Shown here piece after piece: positions 28,683 to 43,700 of a stretch of DNA of 64,000 nucleotides; position 1 is the first letter of the stretch; every line of letters starts with the position of its first letter. Below the pieces are notes generated by a model that was not told the DNA's origin, ran no database searches, and worked only from the letters and a program-made list of their open reading frames with translations. The position numbers and the translations under genes were made by a program. This DNA is from the human T2T-CHM13v2.0 reference genome, Homo sapiens, in NCBI RefSeq assembly GCF_009914755.1, contig NC_060925.1; one strand, 5' to 3'.

Positions 28683-31400
28683 TGGAATGCAATGGATTAA
28701 TCCATGGACTCGAATTCAATCACCATCGAATACAATCGAATGGAGTCATCGAATCGACTCAAATGGAATAATCATTGAATGGAATCGAATGGAATCATCG
28801 AGTGGAATCGAATGGAATCATGATCAAATGGTATCGAATGTAATCATCATCAAATGGAATCAAAAATAAACATCATCAATAGGTATTGAATGGAATTGTC
28901 ATCAAACGGAATTCAAAGGAATCATCATCAAATGGAACCGAATGGAATCCTCATTGAATGGAAATGAAAGGAGTCATCATCTAATGGAATCGCATGGAAT
29001 CATCATCAAATGGAATCGAATGGAATCATCATCAAATGGAATCTAATGGAATCATTGAACGGAATTGAATGGAATCGTCATCGAATGAATTGAATGCAAT
29101 CAACGAATGGTCTCGAATGGAACCACCTACAAATGGAATGGAATGGAATCATCGCATAGAATCGAATGGAATTATCATCGAATGGACTCGAATGGAATCA
29201 ACATCAAACGGAATCAAACGGAATTATCGAATGGAATCGAAGAGAATCATCGAACGGACTCGAATGGAATCATCTAATGGAATGGAATGGAAGAATCTAT
29301 GGACTCGAATGCAATCATCATCGAATGGAATCGAATGGAATCATCGAATGGACTCGAATGGAATAATCATTGAACGGAATCGAATGAATCATCATCGGAT
29401 GGAAACGAATGGAATCATCATCGAATGGAATCGAATGGGATCATCAAATGGAATCAGATGGAATCATCATCAAATGGAATCGAATAGAATTATGGAATGA
29501 AATCCAATGTGATCATCATTGAATGGACTCGAATGGAATCATCATCCAATGGAAACTAATGGAATCAACATCGAATGGAATCGAATGGAAACACCATCGA
29601 ATTGAAACGAATGGAATTATCATGAAATTGAAATGGATGGACTCATCATCGAATGGATTCGAACGGAATCATCGAATGAAATTGATTGAAATCATCATCA
29701 AATGGAATCGAAAGGAATCATTGAATGGAATCGAATGGAATCATCATCAGATGGAAATGAATGGAATCATCATAGAATGGAATCGAATGGATTCATTGAG
29801 TGAAATCAGATGGAATCATCGAATGGACTTGAATGGAATCGTTGAATGGACTCGAATGGAATCATTGTTGAATGGAATTGAATAGAATCATCGAATGGTC
29901 TCGAATGGAATCATTATCAAATGAAGTCGAATGGAATCACCGAATAGAATCGAATGGAACAATCATCGAATGGACTCAAATGGAATTATCCTCAAATGGA
30001 ATCAAATGGATTTATCGAATGCAATCGAATGGAATTATCGAATGCAATCGAATAGAATCATCGAATGGACTCGAATGGAATCATCGAGTGGAATGCAATG
30101 GATTAATCCATGGACTCGAATTCAATCACCATCGAATACAATCGAATGGAGTCATCGAATCGACTCAAATGGAATAATCATTGAATGGAATCGAATGGAA
30201 TCATCGAGTGGAATCGAATGGAATCATGATCAAATGGAATCGAATGTAATCATCATCAAATGGAATCAAAAATAAACATCATCAATTGGTATTGAATGGA
30301 ATTGTCATCAAACGGAATTCAAAGGAATCATCATTAAATGGAACCGAATGGAATCCTCATTGAATGGAAATGAAAAGAGTCATCATCTAATGGAATCGCA
30401 CGGAATCATCATCAAATGGAATCGAATGGAATCATCATCAAATGGAATCTAATGGAATCATTGAACGGAATTGAATGGAATCGTCATCGAATGAATTCAA
30501 TGCAATCAACGAATGGTCTCGAATGGAACCACCTCCAAATGGAATGGAATGGAATCATCGCATAGAATCGAATGGAATTATCATCGAATGGACTCGAATG
30601 GAATCAACATCAAACGGAATCAAACGGAATTATCGAATGGAATCGAAGAGAATCATCGAACGGACTCGAATGGAATCATCTATTGGAATGGAATGGAAGA
30701 ATCCATGGACTCGAATGCAATCATCATCGAATGGAATCGAATGGAATCATCGAATGGACTCGAATGGAATAATCATTGAACGGAATCGAATGAATCATCA
30801 TCGGATGGAAACGAATGGAATCATCATCGAATGGAATCGAATGGGATCATCAAATGGAATCAATGGAATCAGATGGAATCATCATCAAATGGAATCGAAT
30901 AGAATTATGGAATGAAATCCAATGTGATCATCATTGAATGGACTTGAATGGAATCATCATCCAATAGAAAGTAATGGAATCAACATCGAATGGAATCGAA
31001 TGGAAACTCCATCGAATTGAAACGAATGGAATTATCATGAAATTGAAATGGATGGATTCATCATCGAATGGATTCGAATGGAATCATCGAATGAAATTGA
31101 TTGAAATCATCATCAAATGGAATCGAAAGGAATCATTGAATGGAATCGAATGGAATCATCATCAGATGGAAATGAATGGAATCATCATAGAATGGAATCG
31201 CATGGATTCATTGAATGGAATCAGATGGAATCATCGAATGGGCTTGAATGGAATCGTTGAATGGACTCGAATGGAATCATTATGGAATGGAATTGAATAG
31301 AATCATCGAATGGTCTCGAATGGAATCATTATCAAATGAAGTCGAATGGAATCACCGAATAGAATCGAATGGAACAATCATCGAATGGACTCAAATGGAA
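28683..31400 (+). repeat. Displaced copy of ~21.85-24.55 kb at offset 6836 (ends approximate)
   Basis: Rare variants are shared at +6836: CAAATGGTATCG ~21995/28831 and GAAAAGAGTC ~23538/30374. After the 9-bp insertion the offset is +6845: GAAAGTAATG ~24123/30968 and GGGCTTGAA ~24396/31241. Confidence 0.8.
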
Positions 31401-34400
31401 TTATCCTCAAATGGAATCGAATGGAATTATCGAATGCAATCGAATGGAATAATCGAATGCAATCGAATAGAATCATCGAATGGACTTGAAAGGAATCATC
31501 GATTGAAATGGAATGGAATAGTCAATGAACTCGAATGGAATCATCATTGAATGGAATCATCGAGTGGAATCGAATGGAATCATGATCAAATGGAATCGAA
31601 AGTAATCATCATCAAATGGAATCAAAATAACCATCATCAATTGGTATTGAATGGAATTGTCATCAAACGGAATTCAAAGGAATCATCATCAAATGGAACC
31701 GAATGGAATCCTCATTGAATGGAAATGAAAGCAGTCATCCTCTAATGGAATCGCATGGAATCATCATCAAATGGAATCGAATGGAATCATCATCAAATGG
31801 AATCTAATGGAATCATTGAACGGAATTGAATGGAATCGTCATCGAATGAATTGAATGCAATCAACGAATGGTCTCGAATGGAACCACCTCCAAATGGAAT
31901 GGAATGGAATCATCGCATAGAATCGAATGGAATTATCATCGAATGGACTCGAATGGAATCAACATCAAACGGAATCAAACGGAATTATCGAATGGAATCG
32001 AAGAGAATCATCGAATGGAATCGAATGGAATCATCTAATGGAATGGAATGGAAGAATCCATGGACTCGAATGCAATCATCATCGAATGGAATCGAATGGA
32101 ATCATCGAATGGACTCGAATGGAATAATCATTGAACGGAATCGAATGGAATCATCATCGGATGGAAACGAATGGAATCATCAAATGGAATCAGATGGAAT
32201 CATCATCAAATGGAATCGAATAGAATTATGGAATGAAATCCATTGTGTTCATCATCGAATGGACTCGAATGGAATCATCATCCAATGGAAACTAATGGAA
32301 TCAACATCGAATGGAATCGAATGGAAACACCATCGATTTGAAACGAATGGAATTATCATGAAATAGAAATGGATGGACTCATCATCGAATGGATTCGAAT
32401 GGAATCATTGAACGAAATTGATTGAAATCATCATCAAATGGAATCGAATGGAATCATTGAATGGAATCGAATGGAATCATCATCAGATGGAAATGAATGG
32501 AATCATCATAGAATGGAATCGAATGGATTCATTGAATGGAATCAGATGGAATCATCGAATGGACATGAATGGAATCATTGAATGGACTCGACTGGAATCA
32601 TTATTGAATGGAATTGAATGGAATCATCGAATGGTCTCGAATGGAATCATTATCAAATGGAATCGAATGGAATCACCGAATAGAATCGAATGGAACAATC
32701 ATCGAATGGACTCAAATGGAATTATCCTCAAATGGAATCGAATGGAATTATCGAATGCAATCGAATGGAATAATCGAATGCAATCGAATAGAATCATCGA
32801 ATGGACTTGAAAGGAATCATCGATTGAAATGGAATGGAACAGTCAATGAACTCGAATGGAATCATCATTGAATTGAATCATCGAGTGGAATCGAATGGAA
32901 TCATGATCAAATGGAATCGAAAGTAATCATCATCAAATGGAATCAAAATAACCATCATCAATTGGTATTGAATGGAATTGTCATCAAACGGAATTCAAAG
33001 GAATCATCATCAAATGGAACCGAATGGAATCCTCATTGAATGGAAATGAAAGGAGTCATCATCTAATGGAATCGCATGGAATCATCATCAAATGGAATTG
33101 AATGGAATCATCATCAAATGGAATCTAATGGAATCATTGAACGGAATTGAATGGAATCGTCATCGAATGAATTGAATGTAATCAACGAATGGTCTCGAAT
33201 GGAACCATCTCCAAATGGAATGGAATGGAATCATCGCATAGAATATAATGGAATTATCATTGAATGGACTCGAATGGAATCAACATCAAACGGAATCAAA
33301 CGGAATTATCGAATGGAATCGAAGAGAATCATCGAATGGACTCGAATGGAATCATCTAATGGAATGGAATGGAAGAATTCATGGACTCGAATGCAATCAT
33401 CATCGAATGGAATCGAATGGAATCAGCGAATGGACTCGAATGGAATAATCATTGAACGGAATCGAATGGAATCATCATCGGATGGAAACGAATGGAATCA
33501 TCATCGAATGGAATCGAATGGGATCATCAAATGGAATCAGATGGAATCATCATCAAATGGAATCGAATAGAATTATGGAATGAAATCCAATGTGATCATC
33601 ATTGAATGGACTCGAATAGAATCATCATCCAATGGAAACTAATGGAATCAACATCGAATGGAATCGAATGGAAACACCATCGAATTGAAACGAATGGAAT
33701 TATCATGAAATTGAAATGGATGGACTCATCATCGAATGGATTCGAATGGAATCATCGAATGAAATTGATTGAAATCATCATCAAATGGAATCGAAAGGAA
33801 TCATTGAATGGAATCGAATGGAATCATCATCAGATGGAAATGAATGGAATCATCATAGAATGGAATCGCATGGATTCATTGAATGGAATCAGATGGAATC
33901 ATCGAATGGACTTGAATGGAATCATTGAATGGACTCGAATGGAATCATTATGGAATGGAATTGAATAGAATCATCGAATGGTCTCGAATGGAATCATTAT
34001 CAAATGAAGTCGAATGGAATCACCGAATAGAATCGAATGGAACAATCATCTAATGGACTCAAATGGAATTATCCTCAAATGGAATCAAATGGATTTATCG
34101 AATGCAATCGAATGGAATTATCGAATGCAATCGAATAGAATCATCGAATGGACTCGAATGGAATCATCGAGTGGAATGCAATGGATTAATCCATGGACTC
34201 GAATTCAATCACCATCGAATACAATCGAATGGAGTCATCGAATCGACTCAAATGGAATAATCATTGAATGGAATCGAATGGAATCATCGAGTGGAATCGA
34301 ATGGAATCATGATCAAATGGAATCGAATGTAATCATCATCAAATGGAATCAAAAATAAACATCATCAATTGGTATTGAATGGAATTGTCATCAAATGGAA

Positions 34401-37400
34401 TTCAAAGGAATCATCATCAAATGGAAGCGAATGGAATCCTCATTGAATGGAAATGAAAGGAGTCATCATCTAATGGAATCGCATGGAATCATCATCAAAT
34501 GGAATCGAATGGAATCATCATCAAATGGAATCTAATGGAATCATTGAACGGAATTGAATGGAATCGTCATCGAATGAATTCAATGCAATCAACGAATGGT
34601 CTCGAATGGAACCACCTCCAAATGGAATGGAATGGAATCATCGCATAGAATCGAATGGAATTATCATCGAATGGACTCGAATGGAATCAACATCAAACGG
34701 AATCAAACGGAATTATCGAATGGAATCGAAGAGAATCATCGAACGGACTCGAATGGAATCATCTAATGGAATGGAATGGAAGAATCCATGGACTCGAATG
34801 CAATCATCATCGAATGGAATCGAATGGAATCATCGAATGGACTCGAATGGAATAATCATTGAACGGAATCGAATGAATCATCATCGGATGGAAACGAATG
34901 GAATCATCATCGAATGGAATCGAATGGGATCATCAAATGGAATCAGATGGAATCATCATCAAATGGAATCGAATAGAATTATGGAATGAAATCCAATGTG
35001 ATCATCATTGAATGGACTCGAATGGAATCATCATCCAATGGAAACTAATGGAATCAACATCGAATGGAATCGAATGGAAACACCATCGAATTTAAACGAA
35101 TGGAATTATCATGAAATTGAAATGGATGGACTCATCATCGAATGGATTCGAATGGAATCATCGAATGAAATTGATTGAAATCATCATCAAATGGAATCGA
35201 AAGGAATCATTGAATGGAATCGAATGGAATCATCATCAGATGGAAATGAATGGAATCATCATAGAATGGAATCGCATGGATTCATTGAATGGAAGCAGAT
35301 GGAATCATCGAATGGGCTTGAATGGAATCGTTGAATGGACTCGAATGGAATCATTATGGAATGGAATTGAATAGAATCATCGAATGGTCTCGAATGGAAT
35401 CATTATCAAATGAAGTCGAATGGAATCACCGAATAGAATCGAATGGAACAATCATCAAATGGACTCAAATGGAATTATCCTCAAATGGAATCAAATGGAT
35501 TTATCGAATGCAATCGAATGGAATTATCGAATGCAATCGAATAGAATCATCGAATGGACTCGAATGGAATCATCGAGTGGAATGCAATGGATTAATCCAT
35601 GGACTCGAATTCAATCACCATCGAATACAATCGAATGGAGTCATCGAATCGACTCAAATGGAATAATCATTGAATGGAATCGAATGGAATCATCGAGTGG
35701 AATCGAATGGAATCATGATCAAATGGAATCGAATGTAATCATCATCAAATGGAATCAAAAATAAACATCATCAATTGGTATTGAATGGAATTGTCATCAA
35801 ATGGAATTCAAAGGAATCATCATCAAATGGAACCGAATGGAATCCTCATTGAATGGAAATGAAAGGAGTCATCATCTAATGGAATCGCATGAAATCATCA
35901 TCAAATGGAATCGAATGGAATCATCATCAAATGGAATCTAATGGAATCACTGAACGGAATTGAATGGAATCGTCTTCGAATGAATTGAATGCAATCAACG
36001 AATGGTCTCGAATGGAACCACCTCTAAATGGAATGGAATGGAATCATCGCATAGAATCGAATGGAATTATCATCGAATGGACTCGAATGGAATCAACATC
36101 AAACGGAATCAAACGGAATTATCGAATGGAATCGAAGAGAATCATCGAATGGACTCGAATGGAATCATCTAATGGAATGGAATGGAAGAATCCATGGTCT
36201 CGAATGCAATCATCATCGAATGGAATCGAATGGAATCATTGAATGGACTCGAAAGGAATAATCATTGAATGGAATCGAATGGAATCATCATCGGATGGAA
36301 ACGAATGGAATCATCAAATGGAATCAGATGGAATCATCATCAAATGGAATCGAATAGAATTATGGAATGAAATCCATTGTGATCATCATCGAATGGACTC
36401 GAATGGAATCATCATCCAATGGAAACTAATGGAATCAACATCGAATGGAATCGAATGGAAATTCCATCGAATTGAAACGAATGGAATTATCATGAAATTG
36501 AAATGGCTGGAATCATCATCGAATGGATTCGAATGGAATCTTCGAATGAAATTGATTGAAACCATCATCAAATGGAATCGAATGGAATCATTGAATGTAA
36601 TCGAATGGAATCATCATCAGATGGAAATGAATGGAATCATCATAGAATGGAATCGAGTGGATTCATTGAATGGAATCAGATGGAATCATCGAATGGACTT
36701 GAATGGAATCATTGAATGGACTCGAATGGAATCATTATTGAATGGAATTGAATGGAATCATCGAATGGTCTCCAATGGAATCATTATAAAATGGAATCGA
36801 ATGGAATCACCGAATAGAATCGAATGGAACAATCATCAAATGGACTCAAATGGAATTATCCTCAAATGGAATCGAATGGAATTAACGAATGCAATCGAAT
36901 GGAATAATCGAATGCAATCGAATAGAATCATCGAATGGACTTCAAAGGAATCATCGATTGAAATGGAATGGAATAGTCCATGAACTCGAATGGAATCATC
37001 ATTGAATGGAATCATCGAGTGGAATCGAATGGAATCATGATCAAATGGAATCGAAAGTAATCATCATCAAATGGAATCAAAATAACCATCATCAATTGGT
37101 ATTGAATGGAATTGTCATCAAACGGAATTCAAAGGAATCATCATCAAATGGAACCGAATGGAATCCTCATTGAATGGAAATGAAAGGAGTCATCGTCTAA
37201 TGGAATCGCATGGAATCGTCATCAAATGGAATTGAATGGAATCATCATCAAATGGAATCTAATGGAATCATTGAACGGAATTGAATGGAATCGTCATCGA
37301 ATGAATTGAATGCAATCAACGAATGGTCTCGAATGGAACCATCTCCAAATGGAATGGAATGGAATCATCGCATAGAATCGAATGGAATTATCATCGAATG

Positions 37401-37714
37401 GACTCGAATGGAATCAACATCAAACGGAATCAAACGGAATTATCGAATGGAATCGAAGAGAATCATCGAACGGACTCGAATGGAATCATCTAATCGAATG
37501 GAATGGAAGAATTCCTGGACTCGAATGCAATCATCATCGAATGGACTGGAATGGAAAAATCATTGAAAGGAATCGAATGAATCATCATCGGATGGAAACG
37601 AATGGAATCATCATCGAATGGAATCGAATGGGATCATCAAATGGAATCAGATGGAATCATCATCAAATGGAATCGAATAGAATTATGGAATGAAATCCAA
37701 TGTGATCATCATTC

Positions 37715-40700
37715 AATGGACTCGAATGGAATCATCATCCAATGGAAACTAATGGAATCAACATCGAATGGAATCGAATGGAAACACCATCGAATTGAAA
37801 CGAATGGAATTATCATGAAATTGAAATGGATGGACTCATCATCGAATGGATTCGAATGGAATCATCGAATGAAATTGATTGAAATCATCATCAAATGGAA
37901 TCGAAAGGAATCATTGAATGGAATCGAATGGAATCATCATCAGATGGAAATGAATGGAATCATCATAGAATGGAATCGCATGGATTCATTGAATGGAATC
38001 AGATGGAATCATCGAATGGGCTTGAATGGAATCGTTGAATGGACTCGAATGGAATCATTATGGAATGGAATTGAATAGAATCATCGAATGGTCTCGAATG
38101 GAATCATTATCAAATGAAGTCGAATGGAATCACCGAATAGAATCGAATGGAACAATCATCGAATGGACTCAAATGGAATTATCATCAAATGGAATCAAAT
38201 GGATTTATCGAATGCAATCGAATGGAATTATCGAATGCAATCGAATAGAATCATCGAATGGACACGAATGGAATGATCGAGTGGAATGCAATGGATTAAT
38301 CCATGGACTCGAATTCAATCACCATCGAATACAATCGAATGGAGTCATCGAATCGACTCAAATGGAATAATCATTGAATGGAATCGAATGGAATCATCGA
38401 GTGGAATCGAATTGAATCATGATCAAATGGAATCGAATGTAATCATCATCAAATGGAATCAAAAATAAACATCATCAATTGGTATTGAATGGAATTGTCA
38501 TCAAATGGAATTCAAAGGAATCATCATCAAATGGAACCGAATGGAATCCTCATTGAATGGAAATGAAAGGAGTCATCATCTAACGGAATCGCATGGAATC
38601 ATCATCAAATGGAATCGAATGGAATCATCATCAAATGGAATCTAATGGAATCATTGAACGGAATTGAATGGAATCGTCATCGAATGAATTCAATGCAATC
38701 AACGAATGGTCTCGAATGGAACCACCTCCAAATGGAATGGAATGGAATCATCGCATAGAATCGAATGGAATTATCATCGAATGGACTCGAATGGAATCAA
38801 CATCAAACGGAATCAAACGGAATTATCGAATGGAATCGAAGAGAATCATCGAACGGACTCGAATGGAATCATCTAATGGAATGGAATGGAAGAATCCATG
38901 GACTCGAATGCAATCATCATCGAATGGAATCGAATGGAATCATCGAATGGACTCGAATGGAATAATCATTGAACGGAATCGAATGAATCATCATCGGATG
39001 GAAACGAATGGAATCATCATCGAATGGAATCGAATGGGATCATCAAATGGAATCAGATGGAATCATCATCAAATGGAATCGAATAGAATTATGGAATGAA
39101 ATCCAATGTGATCATCATTGAATGGACTCGAATGGAATCATCATCCAATGGAAACTAATGGAATCAACATCGAATGGAATCGAATGGAAACACCATCGAA
39201 TTGAAACGAATGGAATTATCATGAAATTGAAATGGATGGACTCATCATCGAATGGATTCGAACGGAATCATCGAATGAAATTGATTGAAATCATCATCAA
39301 ATGGAATCGAAAGGAATCATTGAATGGAATCGAATGGAATCATCATCAGATGGAAATGAATGGAATCATCATAGAATGGAAACGAATGGATTCATTGAGT
39401 GAAATCAGATGGAATCATCGAATGGACTTGAATGGAATCGTTGAATGGACTCGAATGGAATCATTATTGAATGGAATTGAATAGAATCATCGAATGGTCT
39501 CGAATGGAATCATTATCAAATGAAGTCGAATGGAATCACCGAATAGAATCGAATGGAACAATCATCGAATGGACTCAAATGGAATTATCCTCAAATGGAA
39601 TCAAATGGATTTATCGAATGCAATCGAATGGAATTATCGAATGCAATCGAATAGAATCATCGAATGGACTCGAATGGAATCATCGAGTGGAATGCAATGG
39701 ATTAATCCATGTACTCGAATTCAATCACCATCGAATACAATCGAATGGAGTCATCGAATCGACTCCAATGGAATAATCATTGAATGGAATCGAATGGAAT
39801 CATCGAGTGGAATCGAATGGAATCATGATCAAATGGAATCGAATGTAATCATCATCAAATGTTATCAAAAATAAACATCATCAATTGGTATTGAATGGAA
39901 TTGTCATCAAATGGAATTCAAAGGAATCATCATCAAATGGAACCGAATGGAATCCTCATTGAATGGAAATGAAAGGAGTCATCATCTAATGGAATCGCAT
40001 GGAATCATCATCAAATGGAATCGAATGGAATCATCATCAAATGGAATCTAATGGAATCACTGAACGGAATTGAACGGAATCGTCTTCGAATGAATTGAAT
40101 GCAATCAACGAATGGTCTCGAATGGAACCACCTCCAAATGGAATGGAATGGAATCATCGCATAGAATCGAATTTAATTATAATCGAATGGACTCAAATGG
40201 AATCAACATCAAACGGAATCAAACGGAATTATCGAATGGAATCGAAGAGAATCATCGAATGGACTCGAATGGAATCATCTAATTGAATGGAATGGAAGAA
40301 TCCATGGTCTCGAATGCAATCATCATCGAATGGAATCGAATGGAATCATTGAATGGACTCGAAAGGAATAATCATTGAATGGAATCGAATGGAATCATCA
40401 TCGGATGGAAACGAATGGAATCATCAAATCGAATCAGATGGAATCATCATCAAATGGAATCGAATAGAATTATGGAATGAAATCCATTGTGATCATCATC
40501 GAATGGACTCGAATAGAATCATCATCCAATGGAAACTAATGGAATCAACATCGAATGGAATCGAATGGAAACTCCATCGAATTGAAACGAATGGAATTAT
40601 CATGAAATTGAAATGGATGGAATCATCATCGAATGGATTCGAATGGAATCATCGAATGAAATTGATTGAAATCATCATCAAATGGAATCGAATGGAATCA

Positions 40701-43700
40701 TTGAATGGAATCGAATGGAATCATCATCAGATGGAAATGAATGGAATCATCATAGAATGGAATCGAGTGGATTCATTGAATGGAATCAGATGGAATCATC
40801 GAATGGACTTGAATGGAATCATTGAATGGACTCGAATGGAATCATTATTGAATGGAATTGAATGGAATCATCGAATGGTCTCGAATGGAATCATTATCAA
40901 ATGGAATCGAATGGAATCACCGAATAGAATCGAATGGAACAATCATCGAATGGACTCAAATGGAATTATCCTCAAATGGAATCGAATGGAATTATCGAAT
41001 GCAATCGAATGGAATAATCGAATGCAATCGAATAGAATCATCCAATGGACTTGAAAGGAATCATCGATTGAAATGGAATGGAATAGTCAATGAACTCGAA
41101 TGGAATCATCATTGAATGGAATCATCGAATGGAATCGAATGGAATCATGATCAAATGGAATCGAAAGTAATCATCATCAAATGGAATCAAAAATAACCAT
41201 CATCAATTGGTATTGAATGGAATTGTCATCAAACGGAATTCAAAGGAATCATCATCAAATGGAACCGAATGGAATCCTCATTGAATGGAAATGAAAGGAG
41301 TCATCATCAAATGGAATCGCATGGAATCATCATCAAACGGAATCGAATGGAATCATCATCAAATGGAATCTAATGGAAACATTGAACGGAATTGAATGGA
41401 ATCGTCATCGAATGAATTGAATGCAATCAACGAATGGTCTCGAATGGAACCACATCCAAATGGAATGGATTGGAATCATCGCATAGAATCGAATGGAATT
41501 ATCATCGAATGGACCCGAATGGAATCAACATCAAACGGAATCAAACGGAATTATCGAATGGAATCGAAGAGAATCATCGAACGGACTCGAATGGAATCAT
41601 CTAATGGAATGGAATGGAAGAATCCATGGACTCGAATGCAATCATCATCGAATGGAGTCGAATGGAATCATCGAATGGACTCGAATGGAATAATCATTGA
41701 ACGGAATCGAATGGAATCATCATCGGATGGAAACGAATGGAATCATCATCGAATGGAATCGAATGGGATCATCAAATGGAATCAGATGGAATCATCATCA
41801 AATGGAATCGAATAGAATTATGGAATGAAATCCAATGTGATCATCATTGAATGGACTCGAATGGAATCATCATCCAATGGAAACTAATGGAATCAACATC
41901 GAATGGAATCGAATGGAAACACCATCGAATTGAAACGAATGGAATTATCATGAAATTGAAATGCATGGACTCATCATCGAATGGATTCGAATGGAATCAT
42001 CGAATGAAATTGATTGAAATCATCATCAAATGGAATCGAAAGGAATCATTGAATGGAATCGAATGGAATCATCATCAGGTGGAAATGAATGGAATCATCA
42101 CAGAATGGAATCGCATGGATTCATTGAATGGAATCAGATGGAATCATCGAATGGACTTGAATAGAATCGTTGAATGGACTCGAATGGAATCATTATTGAA
42201 TGGAATTGAATAGAATCATCAAATGGTCTCGAATGGAATCATTATCAAATGAAGTCAAATGGAATCACCGAATAGAATCGAATGGAAGAATCATCGAATG
42301 GACTCAAATGGAATTATCTTCAAATGGAATCAAATGGATTTATCGAATGCAATCGAATGGAATTATCGAATGCAATCGAAGAGAATCATCGAATGGACTC
42401 GAATGGATTAATCGAATGGAATGCAATGGATTAATCCATGGACTCGAATTCAATCACCATCGAATACAATCGAATGGAGTCATCGAATCGACTCAAATGG
42501 AATAATCATTGAATGGAATCGAATGGAATCATCGAGTGGAATCGAATGGAATCATGATCAAATGGAATCGAATGTAATCGTCATCAAATGGAATCAAAAA
42601 TAAACATCATCAATAGGTATTGTATGGAATTGTCATCAAACGGAATTCAAAGGAATCATCATCAAATGGAACCGAATGGAATCCTCATTGAATGGAAATG
42701 AAAGGAGTCATCATCTAATGGAATCGCATGGAATCATCATCAAATGGAATCGAATGGAATCATCATCAAATGGAATCTAATGGAATCATTGAACGGAATT
42801 GAATGGAATCGTCATCGAATGAATTGAATGCAATCAACGAATGGTCTCGAATGGAACCACCTCCAAATGGAATGGAATGGAATCATCGCATAGAATCGAA
42901 TGGAATTATCATCGAATGGACTCGAATGGAATCAACATCAAACGGAATCAAACGGAATTATCGAATGGAATCGAAGAGAATCATCGAACGGACTCGAATG
43001 GAATCATCTAAAGGAATGGAATGGAAGAATCCATGGACACGAATGCAATCATCATCGAATGGAATCGAATGGAATCATCGAATGGACTCGAATGGAATAA
43101 TCATTGAACGGAATCGAATGGAATCATCATCGGATGGAAACGAATGGAATCATCAAATGGAATCAGATGGAATCATCATCAAATGGAATCGAATAGAATT
43201 ATGGAATGAAATCCATTGTGATCATCATCGAATGGACTCGAATGGAATCATCATCCAATGGAAAATAATGGAATCAACATCGAAAGGAATCGAATGGAAA
43301 CACCATCGAATTGAAACGAATGGAATTATCATGAAATAGAAATGGATGGACTCATCATCGAATGGATTCGAGTGGAATCATCGAACGAAATTGATTGAAA
43401 TCATCATCAAATGGAATCGAATGGAATCATTGAATGGAATCGAATGGAATCATCATCAGATGGAAATGAATGGAATCATCATAGAATGGAATCGAATGGA
43501 TTCATTGAATGGAATCAGATGGAATCATCGAATGGACTTGAATGGAATCATTGAATGGACTCGAATGGAATCATTATTGAATGGAATTGAATGGAATCAT
43601 CGAATGGTCTCGAATGGAATCATTATCAAATGGAATCGAATGGAATCACCGAATAGAATCGAATGGAACAATCATCGAATGGACTCAAATGGAATTATCC

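Noticed and set aside
36386-36571. Single minus-strand ORF (61 aa), possible sign of an inversion
   Set aside because: The + strand is still GGAAT-type here. The ORF arises from point variants removing stop codons. I saw no strand switch anywhere in the window.
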